A DNA stretch of 32,000 nucleotides from Candidatus Saccharimonadota bacterium (GCA_023898645.1 CP060232.1:420001-452000); one strand, 5' to 3'. Shown: positions 1 through 8,090, numbered from the stretch's first letter. Notes: generated by a model from the sequence alone, not told the origin. Numbers and translations: made by a program.

Positions 1-1
1 G

Positions 2-565
2 AAGTTTAATATGCAGCCGGATGTTATTAAATCAGGTCTTGAAAAAATTCGACCAATTCCCGGTCGCATGAACATGTTGCGTGGACTCAACGGCAGCATG
101 ATTATAGACGACTCGTATAATTCTAGTCCCGCTGCCGCTGTAAGTGCTATTCAGACCTTTTATAGTATCGATGCGCCACAGCGCATTGCCATAATGGGTA
201 GTATGAATGAGCTAGGTGACTCGTCGCCGGCTGAACATAAAATGATAGGTGAAATGTTTCATCCGGATGTCGTCGAATGGGTGATTACCATCGGCGATGA
301 CGCTGAAAAGTACCTAGCGCCGGCTGCACACTCGCAGGGATGCCAGATAAAATCGTTTAAAAATGCCGTCCAAGCTGGAGCGTTTGCCCATAGTGTCATG
401 GCAAAAGGAGCGCTCGTGCTAGTAAAAGGCTCGCAGGGTAATGTTTACGCCGAAGAAGCCGTGAAAATATTGTTGCTTGATCAAAACGATGCCGACAAGC
501 TTGTCCGCCAGTCGCCTGCTTGGGTCGCTCATAAAGAAGAATTTTTTGAGCGGAATCTTGTTTGA
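2..565 (+). CDS. murF: UDP-N-acetylmuramoyl-tripeptide--D-alanyl-D-alanine ligase, C-terminal part (5' end outside window)
   Basis: The frame is open from the window edge. The translation has the Mur-ligase C-terminal signatures IIDDSYNSSP and GSMNELGD, typical of MurF. Confidence 0.75.
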   Translation, partial: KFNMQPDVIKSGLEKIRPIPGRMNMLRGLNGSMIIDDSYNSSPAAAVSAIQTFYSIDAPQRIAIMGSMNELGDSSPAEHKMIGEMFHPDVVEWVITIGDDAEKYLAPAAHSQGCQIKSFKNAVQAGAFAHSVMAKGALVLVKGSQGNVYAEEAVKILLLDQNDADKLVRQSPAWVAHKEEFFERNLV

Positions 566-1494
566 TGTACCCCGAGCCGCCGATTATTAACGAAGGGGAA
601 TACAAACCTTGGTATCGGCGGCGCTGGGCTCGATTATCGGCGGTTGTTTTTGTGGGCATTGCTGTAGTTGCCGTTGTCATGTCGATCGTCATGGCTATCA
701 CCTGGAATGCTAGTGCTGAAAAGGCGCTACTTGACGCTACTGATTATGCGTTAAAAACGCCTGGGACGTACCACGTGCAGTATGGCAATTTGACGAATTT
801 GACGGCGAGAGTAGACGGCAAGAAATACGCGTTTGATGGTACATTCGACAAGACGCCAGTAAGTATCGTTATAGCCGACGGCATGCTGTATGCTAAGTCA
901 TCCGATCCGCAAAAGCTTTACGAAACATTTGTAAACCCCTCTAAATCGTCGAGTGCGATGTCGGCGCTATTGGAAAGTATATTGCCGAATCTCAAAAACC
1001 ATTGGATCAGTATTAACTTGCGAACTACGTCGTCATCTTCAAACATTGGAGGCATTAATTGCCCTCTTGATATCCGCGATGCTCTGACTGTCGACAGTTC
1101 ACGTCAGCAGCTAATCGAAGTGTACGCTGCGAATCCATTTCTGACTGTCACGCGGTTAAATGGGTCGGACTACAGAGTTGCAATTCGTAGTAAAAAATTC
1201 TCGGCGTTCGACAAGGAATTAGTTAAATCGAACGTGTATCAATCGCTTACAAGTTGTCCTCAAGAAAACAATCTCATTAAAGATAATTTGTTAATCGGTG
1301 GAAGCGTCGTGTTAAAGCTTTCTCAGGATCATAAGCTGCAATCTATGACAGCAACGAGTAAATCCGTTACCGCAAAGGTCACTGCAGATTACGGTGCTGT
1401 CGCTAAAATCATTACCCCGTCAGACTCCGTTGACGTTGGTCAGATCATAGGTAGTGTCATCCAGTCGCTTTTTAGTTCACACGCTATCAAATAA
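565..1494 (+). CDS. hypothetical N-terminally membrane-anchored protein
   Basis: Long ORF. The ATG at 565 overlaps the murF stop (TGATG). There is a single N-terminal TM segment (LSAVVFVGIAVVAVVMSIVMAI). No recognisable motif. Confidence 0.6.
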   Translation: MYPEPPIINEGEYKPWYRRRWARLSAVVFVGIAVVAVVMSIVMAITWNASAEKALLDATDYALKTPGTYHVQYGNLTNLTARVDGKKYAFDGTFDKTPVSIVIADGMLYAKSSDPQKLYETFVNPSKSSSAMSALLESILPNLKNHWISINLRTTSSSSNIGGINCPLDIRDALTVDSSRQQLIEVYAANPFLTVTRLNGSDYRVAIRSKKFSAFDKELVKSNVYQSLTSCPQENNLIKDNLLIGGSVVLKLSQDHKLQSMTATSKSVTAKVTADYGAVAKIITPSDSVDVGQIIGSVIQSLFSSHAIK

Positions 1495-1518
1495 AAGCTA
1501 CGCCCACATACACAAAAC

Positions 1519-1527
1519 TGATATACT
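1519..1527 (+). promoter_or_regulatory. extended -10 promoter (TGaTATACT) for leuS; leaderless-type spacing
   Basis: TATACT at 1522-1527 is preceded by TGa. Exactly 7 nt (GTAACAG) separate it from the leuS ATG at 1535. No Shine-Dalgarno sequence. Confidence 0.45.
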
Positions 1528-1534
1528 GTAACAG

Positions 1535-3973
1535 ATGAAGCGATACAATCCGACAGAGATAGAACCCAAGTGGCAACAATTTTGGGATGAAAAAGGCACG
1601 TACGTGGCTGATCTTGCTAGTGACAAGACCAAATATTACGCCTTGAGTATGTTTAATTACCCGAGCGGTGCCGGAATTCATATCGGGCATGCTATGAACT
1701 ACACCATCAGTGACGTTATGGCACGATTTAAGCGACAGCAGGGCTACGAAAGCTACCATCCGGTTGGTTGGGACGCTTTTGGATTGCCGGCCGAGAACTA
1801 CGCTATCAAAACTGGCGTATCGCCGCAGCAAAGCATGAAATCCATCATCCCTGGCTACCATAAACAGTACAAAGCCATGGGCTGGAGTAACGATTGGACC
1901 AAAGAAATCGCCACTCATGAGCCCGAGTATTATAAGTGGACACAATGGATCTTTGCGCAGATGTACAAAGAGGGTTTGGCTTATCAAGACAGCCGTATGC
2001 AGTGGTGGTGCGACAAGGACAAGACGGTCCTTTCGAACGAGCAAGTAATTGATGGCAAGTGCTGGCGTCACGACGGACCGGACGACCCGCTGGTCGCTAA
2101 AAAAGAAATCAAACAATGGTTTTTCAAAATCACCGAATATGCTGACGAGTTGCTCGAAGCAACAGACGCGCTGGATTGGACCGAGAGCGTCAAGCTGGCG
2201 CAAAAGAACTGGATTGGTAAGTCGCAAGGTGCGGAAGTTGATTTCAAGGTTGACGGTTCAGATGAAAATGTTCGCGTATTTACGACTCGCCCAGACACTC
2301 TTTACGGTGCAACATTCCTTGTCATGGCACCCGAACATCCGCTCGTAGCAAACATTACGACCGATGAGCAAAAACAAGCGGTCGATGAGTACGTAAAGGA
2401 TTCAACCAAAAAATCTGAACTCGAGCGCATGGAAAGCAAAGAAAAGACGGGTGTATTCACCGGCGCATACGCGATTAATCCAGCAAGTGGCGAAAAAGTC
2501 CCGGTCTGGGTTGCTGACTATGTGCTGTATGGCTACGGCACCGGAGCTATCATGGCTGTGCCTGCTCACGATGAGCGTGACAATGAGTTCGCGCAGAAGT
2601 TTAACTTGCCGATAGTTGAAGTCGTGCAAAAACCAGAAGGCGAAGAAGGCGTCTGGCATGACGAAGGCGTCATGATAAATAGTGGCGAGTTTAACGGATT
2701 AAATAGCAGCGAAGCTCGCGAAAAGATCGTTAATAGCCTAGAGGCGCAGGGTATAGGTGAATCGAAAACAACCTTTAAAATTCGTGATTGGTCGGTGAGT
2801 CGTCAGCGTTACTGGGGTGCACCGATTCCGATTATCAACTGTCCAACTGACGGTACGGTTATCGTTCCAGACGAGGATTTGCCTGTCGTTCTACCTGAAT
2901 TAAAGGACTTTGCACCGAGTGGCGATGGCCGCAGTGCTCTCGCTCGTGCCGATGATTGGCTACAGGTGAAATGTCCGAAGTGTGGCGGCGATGCTGAGCG
3001 TGAAACCGATACGCTAGATACGTATATTTGTAGTAGCTGGTATTTCTTGCGCTACCTAGACCCGACAAACGCTGAATTGCCTTTTGGTAAGGACCGCGCA
3101 GATAAGTGGCAGCCAGTTGATTTTTATAACGGTGGTGACCACGCTACGGCACATATGATTTATGCTCGATTCGTGACGAGATTCCTGCACAAACAGGGCC
3201 TGCTCGAAAATCCAGAGCCGTTCAAACGGTTCCTGTTTAACGGTAAAGTTACGGCGCACGACGGCCAGATGTTCAGTAAGAGCAAGGGCAACGGCGTCGA
3301 CCCGCTCGAAATCATCAACAGCGGCTATGGTGCCGATTCGTTGCGCACTTACTTGATGTTTGCCGCACCGCTTGATCTATGGATCCGCTGGGACGAAAAG
3401 GGCGTGCCTGCAACCTATAGGTTCCTCAATCGTGTTTGGAATTTGGTTCAGGAATTTAACGAAACTAACGAAGGCGAAAAGTCTGACGCCGTACTTAAGG
3501 CTGTTCACCCAGCAATTAAAAAGGTAACGTCTGACCTCGAAGATCAAAAATACAATACCGCCATAGCGGCTATGATGAAGCTGACAAATGATTTATATGA
3601 ACTCAAAGTCAAAGAGAGGTTCAGCGATCGTGATAATTGGAGGTTTGCGTTGGAGTCTCTCGTTGCAATGGTTGCGCCGTTTGCGCCACACATCGCCGAA
3701 GAACTGTGGCATCAGCTTGGTCACGACACATCCGTACATCGCGATAGCTGGCCGCAGTGGGTTGATAAGTATTTGGTTGGCGATAGTATGACCATTGTCG
3801 TACAGGTAAATGGTAAGCTTCGCGCAACACTCGAAGTACCGCTTGATGCAAACGAAGACGACATCAAATCTCAAGCCCTTGCTGCTGAAAATGTTGTTAA
3901 GTTCATCGGCGACAAAGAGCCTTTCAAGGTGATCTACGTGCCCAAAAAACTAGTCAACGTCGTCGTAAAATAA
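1535..3973 (+). CDS. leuS: leucyl-tRNA synthetase
   Basis: 812-aa ORF with the class I HIGH motif (GIHIGHAMNY), a KMSKS-like FSKSKGNG motif, and LeuS-type editing and anticodon-binding regions. Confidence 0.95.
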   Translation: MKRYNPTEIEPKWQQFWDEKGTYVADLASDKTKYYALSMFNYPSGAGIHIGHAMNYTISDVMARFKRQQGYESYHPVGWDAFGLPAENYAIKTGVSPQQSMKSIIPGYHKQYKAMGWSNDWTKEIATHEPEYYKWTQWIFAQMYKEGLAYQDSRMQWWCDKDKTVLSNEQVIDGKCWRHDGPDDPLVAKKEIKQWFFKITEYADELLEATDALDWTESVKLAQKNWIGKSQGAEVDFKVDGSDENVRVFTTRPDTLYGATFLVMAPEHPLVANITTDEQKQAVDEYVKDSTKKSELERMESKEKTGVFTGAYAINPASGEKVPVWVADYVLYGYGTGAIMAVPAHDERDNEFAQKFNLPIVEVVQKPEGEEGVWHDEGVMINSGEFNGLNSSEAREKIVNSLEAQGIGESKTTFKIRDWSVSRQRYWGAPIPIINCPTDGTVIVPDEDLPVVLPELKDFAPSGDGRSALARADDWLQVKCPKCGGDAERETDTLDTYICSSWYFLRYLDPTNAELPFGKDRADKWQPVDFYNGGDHATAHMIYARFVTRFLHKQGLLENPEPFKRFLFNGKVTAHDGQMFSKSKGNGVDPLEIINSGYGADSLRTYLMFAAPLDLWIRWDEKGVPATYRFLNRVWNLVQEFNETNEGEKSDAVLKAVHPAIKKVTSDLEDQKYNTAIAAMMKLTNDLYELKVKERFSDRDNWRFALESLVAMVAPFAPHIAEELWHQLGHDTSVHRDSWPQWVDKYLVGDSMTIVVQVNGKLRATLEVPLDANEDDIKSQALAAENVVKFIGDKEPFKVIYVPKKLVNVVVK

Positions 3974-3976
3974 AAT

Positions 3977-4006
3977 CAGCCCGTCGCACATGTGTGCGAC
4001 GGGCTG
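3977..4006. terminator. 14-bp perfect hairpin between convergent leuS and the small membrane gene; U-tract only on the minus-strand side
   Basis: CAGCCCGTCGCACA-TG-TGTGCGACGGGCTG. On the minus strand it is followed by ATTTTATTTTAC. Confidence 0.7.
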
Positions 4007-4014
4007 AACTTCGA
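4002..4014. repeat. 13-nt motif GGCTGAACTTCGA, inverted partner of 4318-4330 (12/13)
   Basis: The reverse complement of 4318-4330 is GGCCGAACTTCGA. The motif lies 10 nt past the P1 stop and overlaps the terminator stem. Confidence 0.7.
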
Positions 4015-4024
4015 TGGCTGGACG

Positions 4025-4303
4025 TTAGTCGGCGTCTTCTGTGAAATGATTGACGTTGAAGCGCCAAAGTATTCCGGTCAAAAGACTCATAACTAAGAAT
4101 CCGCACACGGCAATCGTGGCGTCGTTACGTACGAACCGTGTGATATCAAGTAGCCAGCAAACGAAGAAGCCAATTGCTGCAACAGCGCAGGCCGCTTCGG
4201 TGGTTTCGAGAACTTGCTTATCATTGCTCACTCTCATGAGACCGCGAACAATGACGTAGGCGATGAACGGCGTCCAGGCTAGCACTATATGCACATAATC
4301 CAT
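4025..4303 (-). CDS. small 3-TM membrane protein P1 (92 aa from ATG; track ORF begins at an upstream TTG)
   Basis: ORF with three hydrophobic segments, its own promoter and terminator. ACAGAAAG lies upstream of the ATG, as for P4. Confidence 0.55.
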   Translation of the reverse strand: MDYVHIVLAWTPFIAYVIVRGLMRVSNDKQVLETTEAACAVAAIGFFVCWLLDITRFVRNDATIAVCGFLVMSLLTGILWRFNVNHFTEDAD

Positions 4304-4315
4304 AGTCAATCTTTC

Positions 4316-4338
4316 TGTCGAAGTTCGGCCACCTGGTC
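4316..4338. repeat. 23-nt exact repeat, copy 1 (TGTCGAAGTTCGGCCACCTGGTC) in the P1 5' leader
   Basis: Identical to 5038-5060. Confidence 0.9.
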
Positions 4339-4367
4339 GATCGACCGACCGGTGAATGGCTAAATAT

Positions 4368-4396
4368 ATTTAACCATAAAAATCATAAAATTACAA
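4368..4396 (-). promoter_or_regulatory. promoter of P1: TTGTAA-17-TTAAAT (minus strand)
   Basis: The hexamers are read on the minus strand. 22/29 positions are identical to the P4 promoter at 5514-5542. Confidence 0.5.
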
Positions 4397-4408
4397 TACA
4401 TTGTACAT

Positions 4409-4441
4409 AAAAAATAAGCCCGCCACTTGGTAGTGACGGGC
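4409..4441 (-). terminator. intrinsic terminator of the P3-P2 unit
   Basis: Hairpin GCCCGCCAC/GTGACGGGC (one mismatch), followed on the minus strand by TATTTTTT. Confidence 0.65.
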
Positions 4442-4451
4442 TAAACTTCGA
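4439..4451. repeat. 13-nt motif GGCTAAACTTCGA, inverted partner of 5040-5052 (11/13 plus one G-U on RNA)
   Basis: Lies 13 nt past the P2 stop and overlaps the terminator stem. Confidence 0.65.
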
Positions 4452-4464
4452 GGGACAACAAAGT

Positions 4465-4734
4465 TTATTTCACGCGGTCTCGTTGCTCATTCTGATACGC
4501 ATACTCTCCGAGTAGCGCAGCACCGCCCCATACGACAGCGCCGACAGCGGCGGCCCACGTGCTATGTACGATGCCAGCCAGGTGTAGCACGATGCAAATT
4601 GTAAGCACGGCTCCAGACAGTTCAAGGGAGCGCAGGAAGAACATCACGATTTTTGCTTCGTCGCCTGTAAAGAATGCTGCGACAAATAATGAAAGTACTG
4701 GCCACAGGGCGAAGAATATCACTAAATTTTGCAT
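4465..4734 (-). CDS. small 3-TM membrane protein P2 (89 aa), paralog of P3
   Basis: ATG start. Shares MQNL/VQNV N-termini and the LHLAGIVHS / LHIAGTIHS motif with P3. Confidence 0.6.
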   Translation of the reverse strand: MQNLVIFFALWPVLSLFVAAFFTGDEAKIVMFFLRSLELSGAVLTICIVLHLAGIVHSTWAAAVGAVVWGGAALLGEYAYQNEQRDRVK

Positions 4735-4753
4735 AGCCGTTACGACCTTTCGA

Positions 4754-5023
4754 TTACGTTCGGTAGCCTAGTTCTCGCCACGGTAGGTGGTCAAGGAGTA
4801 GAGCAATTACACCGGATCCGATACAGTAGAAAGCTGCAAAAATGAGATTGCTGTGAATCGTCCCGGCAATGTGTAGCAGGGCAAAGGTGCCAAAGCAGAC
4901 AGCGCTGATACTAAACAAGCGGATCTCAAACCGAATAAATGGTATGTCACTAGCGAAAAACCGTGAAGCAATGAAATATTGCGGCCCGGTAAGTATCGCC
5001 AGAATCGTCAATACATTTTGCAC
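4754..5023 (-). CDS. small 3-TM membrane protein P3 (89 aa from GTG; track ORF starts at an upstream TTG)
   Basis: GTG at 5023 gives VQNV..., aligned with the MQNL start of P2, and the same length (89 aa). Confidence 0.55.
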   Translation of the reverse strand: MQNVLTILAILTGPQYFIASRFFASDIPFIRFEIRLFSISAVCFGTFALLHIAGTIHSNLIFAAFYCIGSGVIALLLDHLPWRELGYRT

Positions 5024-5037
5024 ATGGAGTCCCAATT

Positions 5038-5060
5038 TGTCGAAGTTCGGCCACCTGGTC
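5038..5060. repeat. 23-nt exact repeat, copy 2, in the P3-P2 5' leader
   Basis: Identical to 4316-4338. Confidence 0.9.
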
Positions 5061-5085
5061 AGGTGACCATGAGATAGCTGACTTT

Positions 5086-5113
5086 ATTATAACAAAAAAA
5101 TATAAATTAGCAA
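5086..5113 (-). promoter_or_regulatory. promoter of P3-P2: TTGCTA-16-TATAAT (minus strand)
   Basis: Hexamers read on the minus strand. The -35 overlaps the U-tract of the P4 terminator. Confidence 0.5.
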
Positions 5114-5147
5114 AAAATGATCAACCCCTCGTCAAAAAGACGAGGGG
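5111..5147 (-). terminator. intrinsic terminator of P4
   Basis: CCCCTCGTC-AAAAA-GACGAGGGG hairpin, followed on the minus strand by TTGATCATTTTTT. Confidence 0.7.
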
Positions 5148-5169
5148 CCGACCTACAGAGCTGAGTTGA

Positions 5170-5451
5170 TTAAGTGCGTGTGCGAGGGTGATCGTGACGG
5201 ACATTGAGCCAAAAGCCCAAGAACATCACGGCGAAACCGATGATTATACTGGGAACTCCGACTTGAAACCACGCCATTTGAAGTTCGGTCGGAACTTCAT
5301 TGCGGCTGCTGACCACGCGGCCAACAATCACGAATACGAAGCCGATGAACATCACGAAGACGCCGGTTCCTTGAAAGCCCTTTACCTCTTTCCAGTTGAG
5401 TACCGGAACGAAGATGAAGAGAGCCAGAATCCCGCAGGGGATCAACCACAT
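5170..5451 (-). CDS. small 3-TM membrane protein P4 (93 aa from ATG; track ORF starts at an upstream TTG)
   Basis: ATG at 5451 is preceded by ACAGAAAGGG. Three hydrophobic segments. Confidence 0.55.
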   Translation of the reverse strand: MWLIPCGILALFIFVPVLNWKEVKGFQGTGVFVMFIGFVFVIVGRVVSSRNEVPTELQMAWFQVGVPSIIIGFAVMFLGFWLNVRHDHPRTRT

Positions 5452-5513
5452 TGTAAAACCCTTTCTGTAGGTACATGTGACTGCAGGGAGTGTACCCTCC
5501 AATCAGTAATTTA

Positions 5514-5542
5514 ATTATAGCATAAACATCATAAAAAAGCAA
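5514..5542 (-). promoter_or_regulatory. promoter of P4: TTGCTT-17-TATAAT with the TTTATGCTATAAT module
   Basis: Read on the minus strand. Confidence 0.55.
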
Positions 5543-5548
5543 TAACTC

Positions 5549-5577
5549 TTGAGCTCTAGGCACAAAAATGCTATAAT
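5549..5577 (+). promoter_or_regulatory. promoter of rpmF: TTGAGC-17-TATAAT (TGc extended -10)
   Basis: Hexamers and spacing read directly from the sequence. Confidence 0.55.
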
Positions 5578-5617
5578 CGCATAAAGTTATAGATAAAGCC
5601 GAAAGGAGAACTTTTCC

Positions 5618-5773
5618 ATGGCAGAACCAAAAAAACAGAGTAGCCCTCGAAAAACGGGTCTACGTCGTAGCCACTTGGTACTTAAGTTGGCTCGTCGCGT
5701 CAATGGGACGTCACCTGTTAAAGTGAAGACAACTAAAAACGAAACAGGCAAAAAACTCGCAAAGAAAGCATAA
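5618..5773 (+). CDS. rpmF: 50S ribosomal protein L32 (51 aa; below the ORF-track cutoff)
   Basis: RBS AAAGGAGA lies 8 nt upstream. Translation MAEPKKQSSPRKTGLRRSHLVLK... has the L32-type basic N-terminus with RRSH. Confidence 0.7.
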   Translation: MAEPKKQSSPRKTGLRRSHLVLKLARRVNGTSPVKVKTTKNETGKKLAKKA

Positions 5774-5820
5774 ACGCGATACACTAGAGTAAATCATTAA
5801 CAAGAAAGAACCAAAGAGTA

Positions 5821-6282
5821 ATGGCATCAAACCGTCACTTGGGTAGGATCGTCGCACTACAGTCTCTATACGAATATGAGTTTCGTGTACAGGCTGAGGA
5901 TAAAAGTGCCGCGGTAGACGACATACTTAGCCGCAATCTTGACCGCTACGAGCAAGAGATCGAAGACACCGACTTTGTGTCTCAGTTGGTCCATGGCGTC
6001 CTTGAGAAACAGGATGATCTTGACGACCAGATTCGCCCTCTTGCGCCTGAGTGGCCACTGGAGCAAATCGCACGTATCGATCGCAATATTTTGCGACTCG
6101 GTCTGTACGAATTGCTCTACCGTGGCGAACACGTGCCACCAAAGGTAGCAATCAACGAAGCGGTTGAACTCGCCAAAGCATTTGGTTCTGACAACTCAAG
6201 CAAGTTCATAAACGGCGTGCTCGGCACGGCGTACCGAACGCTTGTGGAGGCCGTACCGGATGCCGACACCAAAGTTCAATAA
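5821..6282 (+). CDS. nusB: transcription antitermination factor NusB
   Basis: 153 aa with a typical NusB N-terminus (RIVALQSLYEYEF) and C-terminal AINEAVELAKAFGSDNSSKFINGVLG. Confidence 0.85.
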   Translation: MASNRHLGRIVALQSLYEYEFRVQAEDKSAAVDDILSRNLDRYEQEIEDTDFVSQLVHGVLEKQDDLDDQIRPLAPEWPLEQIARIDRNILRLGLYELLYRGEHVPPKVAINEAVELAKAFGSDNSSKFINGVLGTAYRTLVEAVPDADTKVQ

Positions 6283-6754
6283 ATTCAAGCAATATTTCAA
6301 CCGCAACAAACCATCTATCCAAGAAATTGTCCGCGAGCCTACCTCGGGAGGTATCGTGTTTCGTCATGGCAAAAACAACCAAGTTGAGATTCTACTGATT
6401 CAAGATGCAAAAGATCGCTGGACTATACCGAAGGGTCACATAGAGGAAGGCGAGACAGCGCAACAGACGGCTAGGCGTGAAATCGGTGAAGAAGCCGGTT
6501 TAAGCAAGGTTGATATCCTCGGCTGGTTGGGTAAAATCCATTTTCGCTATCGCCGTGTCGACAAGTTAGTCCTCATGACCACGCAGATTTACCTGGTAAA
6601 GGCCAAGGGTGATACGAACGACATTCAAAAAGAGGACTGGATGAATGACATCGGTTGGTTCTCGTTCCATGACGCACTCGACAAAATTGAATACGAAGAC
6701 ATCGGTAAGCTGATGTTGCTCGCAATGAAGCGGATTAGACAGGAAAAGTTATAG
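6260..6754 (+). CDS. Nudix hydrolase
   Basis: Complete Nudix box GHIEEGETAQQTARREIGEEAGL. ATG at 6260 is chosen over TTG at 6242. The gene overlaps the nusB end, so the start is uncertain. Confidence 0.8.
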   Translation: MPTPKFNKFKQYFNRNKPSIQEIVREPTSGGIVFRHGKNNQVEILLIQDAKDRWTIPKGHIEEGETAQQTARREIGEEAGLSKVDILGWLGKIHFRYRRVDKLVLMTTQIYLVKAKGDTNDIQKEDWMNDIGWFSFHDALDKIEYEDIGKLMLLAMKRIRQEKL

Positions 6755-7471
6755 ATGAGTGGCATGCAGATTGCACCCTACCAAGATTTTGCTCGCGACA
6801 AGATTGGTTTTGAGTTCGAGCATATTGACTACTTGATTACTGCGTTGACGCACCGCAGCTACGTCAACGAACATCGTAAGAGCGTGTCTGAACACAATGA
6901 ACGTCTGGAGTTTTTAGGCGATGCCGTGTTGGAACTTGTCGTAACTGATTATTTGTATAATCAGTTTGATGAAGCCGAGGGTATACTCACAAGCTGGCGT
7001 TCTAGTTTGGTGCGTACCGAAAGCATTGGTGACGCGGGTCAGAAGCTAGGCTATGAGCCGCTACTTCGAATGAGCCGTGGTGAAAAGAACGGCAGCCCAC
7101 GTGCTCGTCAACAGATCTTGGCGAATGCGTTCGAAGCCGTCATTGGCGCGATTTACCTCGAGAAAGGCTACGGGGCGGCGGAAGAATTTATAAAGAAGCA
7201 TATTTTAAGCAAGCTCGATGACATCTTGGCGAGTGGCAGCTGGCGCGATCCGAAGTCACATCTGCAAGAAGTTTCTCAGCGGATAGATGGCCTCACGCCT
7301 GTATACAAAGTACTCGAAGAAGTCGGTCCTGATCACGACAAGGTCTTTACGCTTGGTGTATTCGTTGGCGACAAGATGATGGGCAAGGGAAACGGCTCAA
7401 GTAAACAAAGCGCCCAGCAAGAAGCGGCTAAAGCTGCAATCGAAGCCTACGAAAAGCGGAAGAGCAACTAA
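6755..7471 (+). CDS. rnc: ribonuclease III
   Basis: RNase III signature ERLEFLGDAVLELVV plus a C-terminal dsRBD. The start codon directly abuts the Nudix stop. Confidence 0.9.
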   Translation: MSGMQIAPYQDFARDKIGFEFEHIDYLITALTHRSYVNEHRKSVSEHNERLEFLGDAVLELVVTDYLYNQFDEAEGILTSWRSSLVRTESIGDAGQKLGYEPLLRMSRGEKNGSPRARQQILANAFEAVIGAIYLEKGYGAAEEFIKKHILSKLDDILASGSWRDPKSHLQEVSQRIDGLTPVYKVLEEVGPDHDKVFTLGVFVGDKMMGKGNGSSKQSAQQEAAKAAIEAYEKRKSN

Positions 7472-7475
7472 CAGA

Positions 7476-7504
7476 TTGACATCTGGGGTAAAAGTCTGTA
7501 CAAT
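7476..7504 (+). promoter_or_regulatory. promoter of rpsP: TTGACA-17-TACAAT
   Basis: Hexamers and spacing read directly from the sequence. Confidence 0.6.
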
Positions 7505-7557
7505 TGGCAAAGAATTAGGGAAAACTCTAAGTAATAGAAAAGGAATTTGTATTTAAT

Positions 7558-7974
7558 ATGCTCGCAATTCGTTTGCAACGTCTCGGTCGTAAGGGCCTAC
7601 CAATCTACCGCGTCGCCGTTCAGGAAGCTCAGCGTCACCCTTCAAGTGGTCGCGTAGTTGCCTATGTCGGCACTTATAACCCACACACTAAAGAAGTCAC
7701 CATACAAAAGGATGCTGCTCAAAAGTATCTAGACAACGGCGCACAGCCAAGCCCTCGCGTGGTTAAATTGCTAAAGGCAGAGGGTGTTAAACTACCTAAA
7801 TGGGTTAAAGAGCCTGTTGCAGACAAGCAGAAGACTATCAAGAATATCGAGAAGCTTCGCAAGAATCAGCCGGCTGAAGAAGTCGCTGAAGAACCTGCAG
7901 TAGAAGAAGCAGCAGAAGAAGCGCTAGCGGAAACTCCTGCCGAAGAACCTGCAGTTGAAGAAAAAGCAGAATAA
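7558..7974 (+). CDS. rpsP: 30S ribosomal protein S16 with an acidic Ala/Glu/Pro-rich C-terminal extension
   Basis: The N-terminus MLAIRLQRLGRKGLPIYRVAV is canonical S16. The tail is EEVAEEPAVEEAAEEALAETPAEEPAVEEKAE. Confidence 0.9.
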   Translation: MLAIRLQRLGRKGLPIYRVAVQEAQRHPSSGRVVAYVGTYNPHTKEVTIQKDAAQKYLDNGAQPSPRVVKLLKAEGVKLPKWVKEPVADKQKTIKNIEKLRKNQPAEEVAEEPAVEEAAEEALAETPAEEPAVEEKAE

Positions 7975-7999
7975 TAATCTAAAGATAAAAATATAGAAT

Positions 8000-8020
8000 C
8001 CCCGCACTCGCGGGGGTTTT
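8000..8020 (+). terminator. intrinsic terminator of rpsP
   Basis: CCCCGC-ACTC-GCGGGG followed by GTTTT. Confidence 0.7.
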
Positions 8021-8031
8021 AATTATAAAGG

Positions 8032-8064
8032 AAAAGACCCCTAGCAAATGCTTGGGGTCTTTTT
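8032..8064. terminator. bidirectional hairpin (terminator of minus-strand gene 8091-8675)
   Basis: AAAAGACCCC / GGGGTCTTTT 10-bp stem, flanked by A and T runs. Confidence 0.65.
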
Positions 8065-8090
8065 GCGAGAGGACGTCTCGCGGCGTTTTT

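Noticed and set aside
1487-2227. 246-aa minus-strand ORF
   Set aside because: It lies entirely antisense to leuS, whose + strand frame has unambiguous LeuRS motifs. The ORF has no RBS or promoter and a low-complexity translation.
5277-5301. Inverted repeat GAAGTTCGG-TC-GGAACTTC inside P4 that resembles the cassette-end motif
   Set aside because: Only 9 nt are shared with the 13-mer, and it lies inside the coding sequence. An 8-9-nt match is expected by chance in 64 kb of two-strand sequence. A similar chance hit occurs at about 8418.
5587-5784. 65-aa minus-strand ORF
   Set aside because: It is antisense to a much better + strand gene: L32, with an AAAGGAGA RBS and an RRSH motif.
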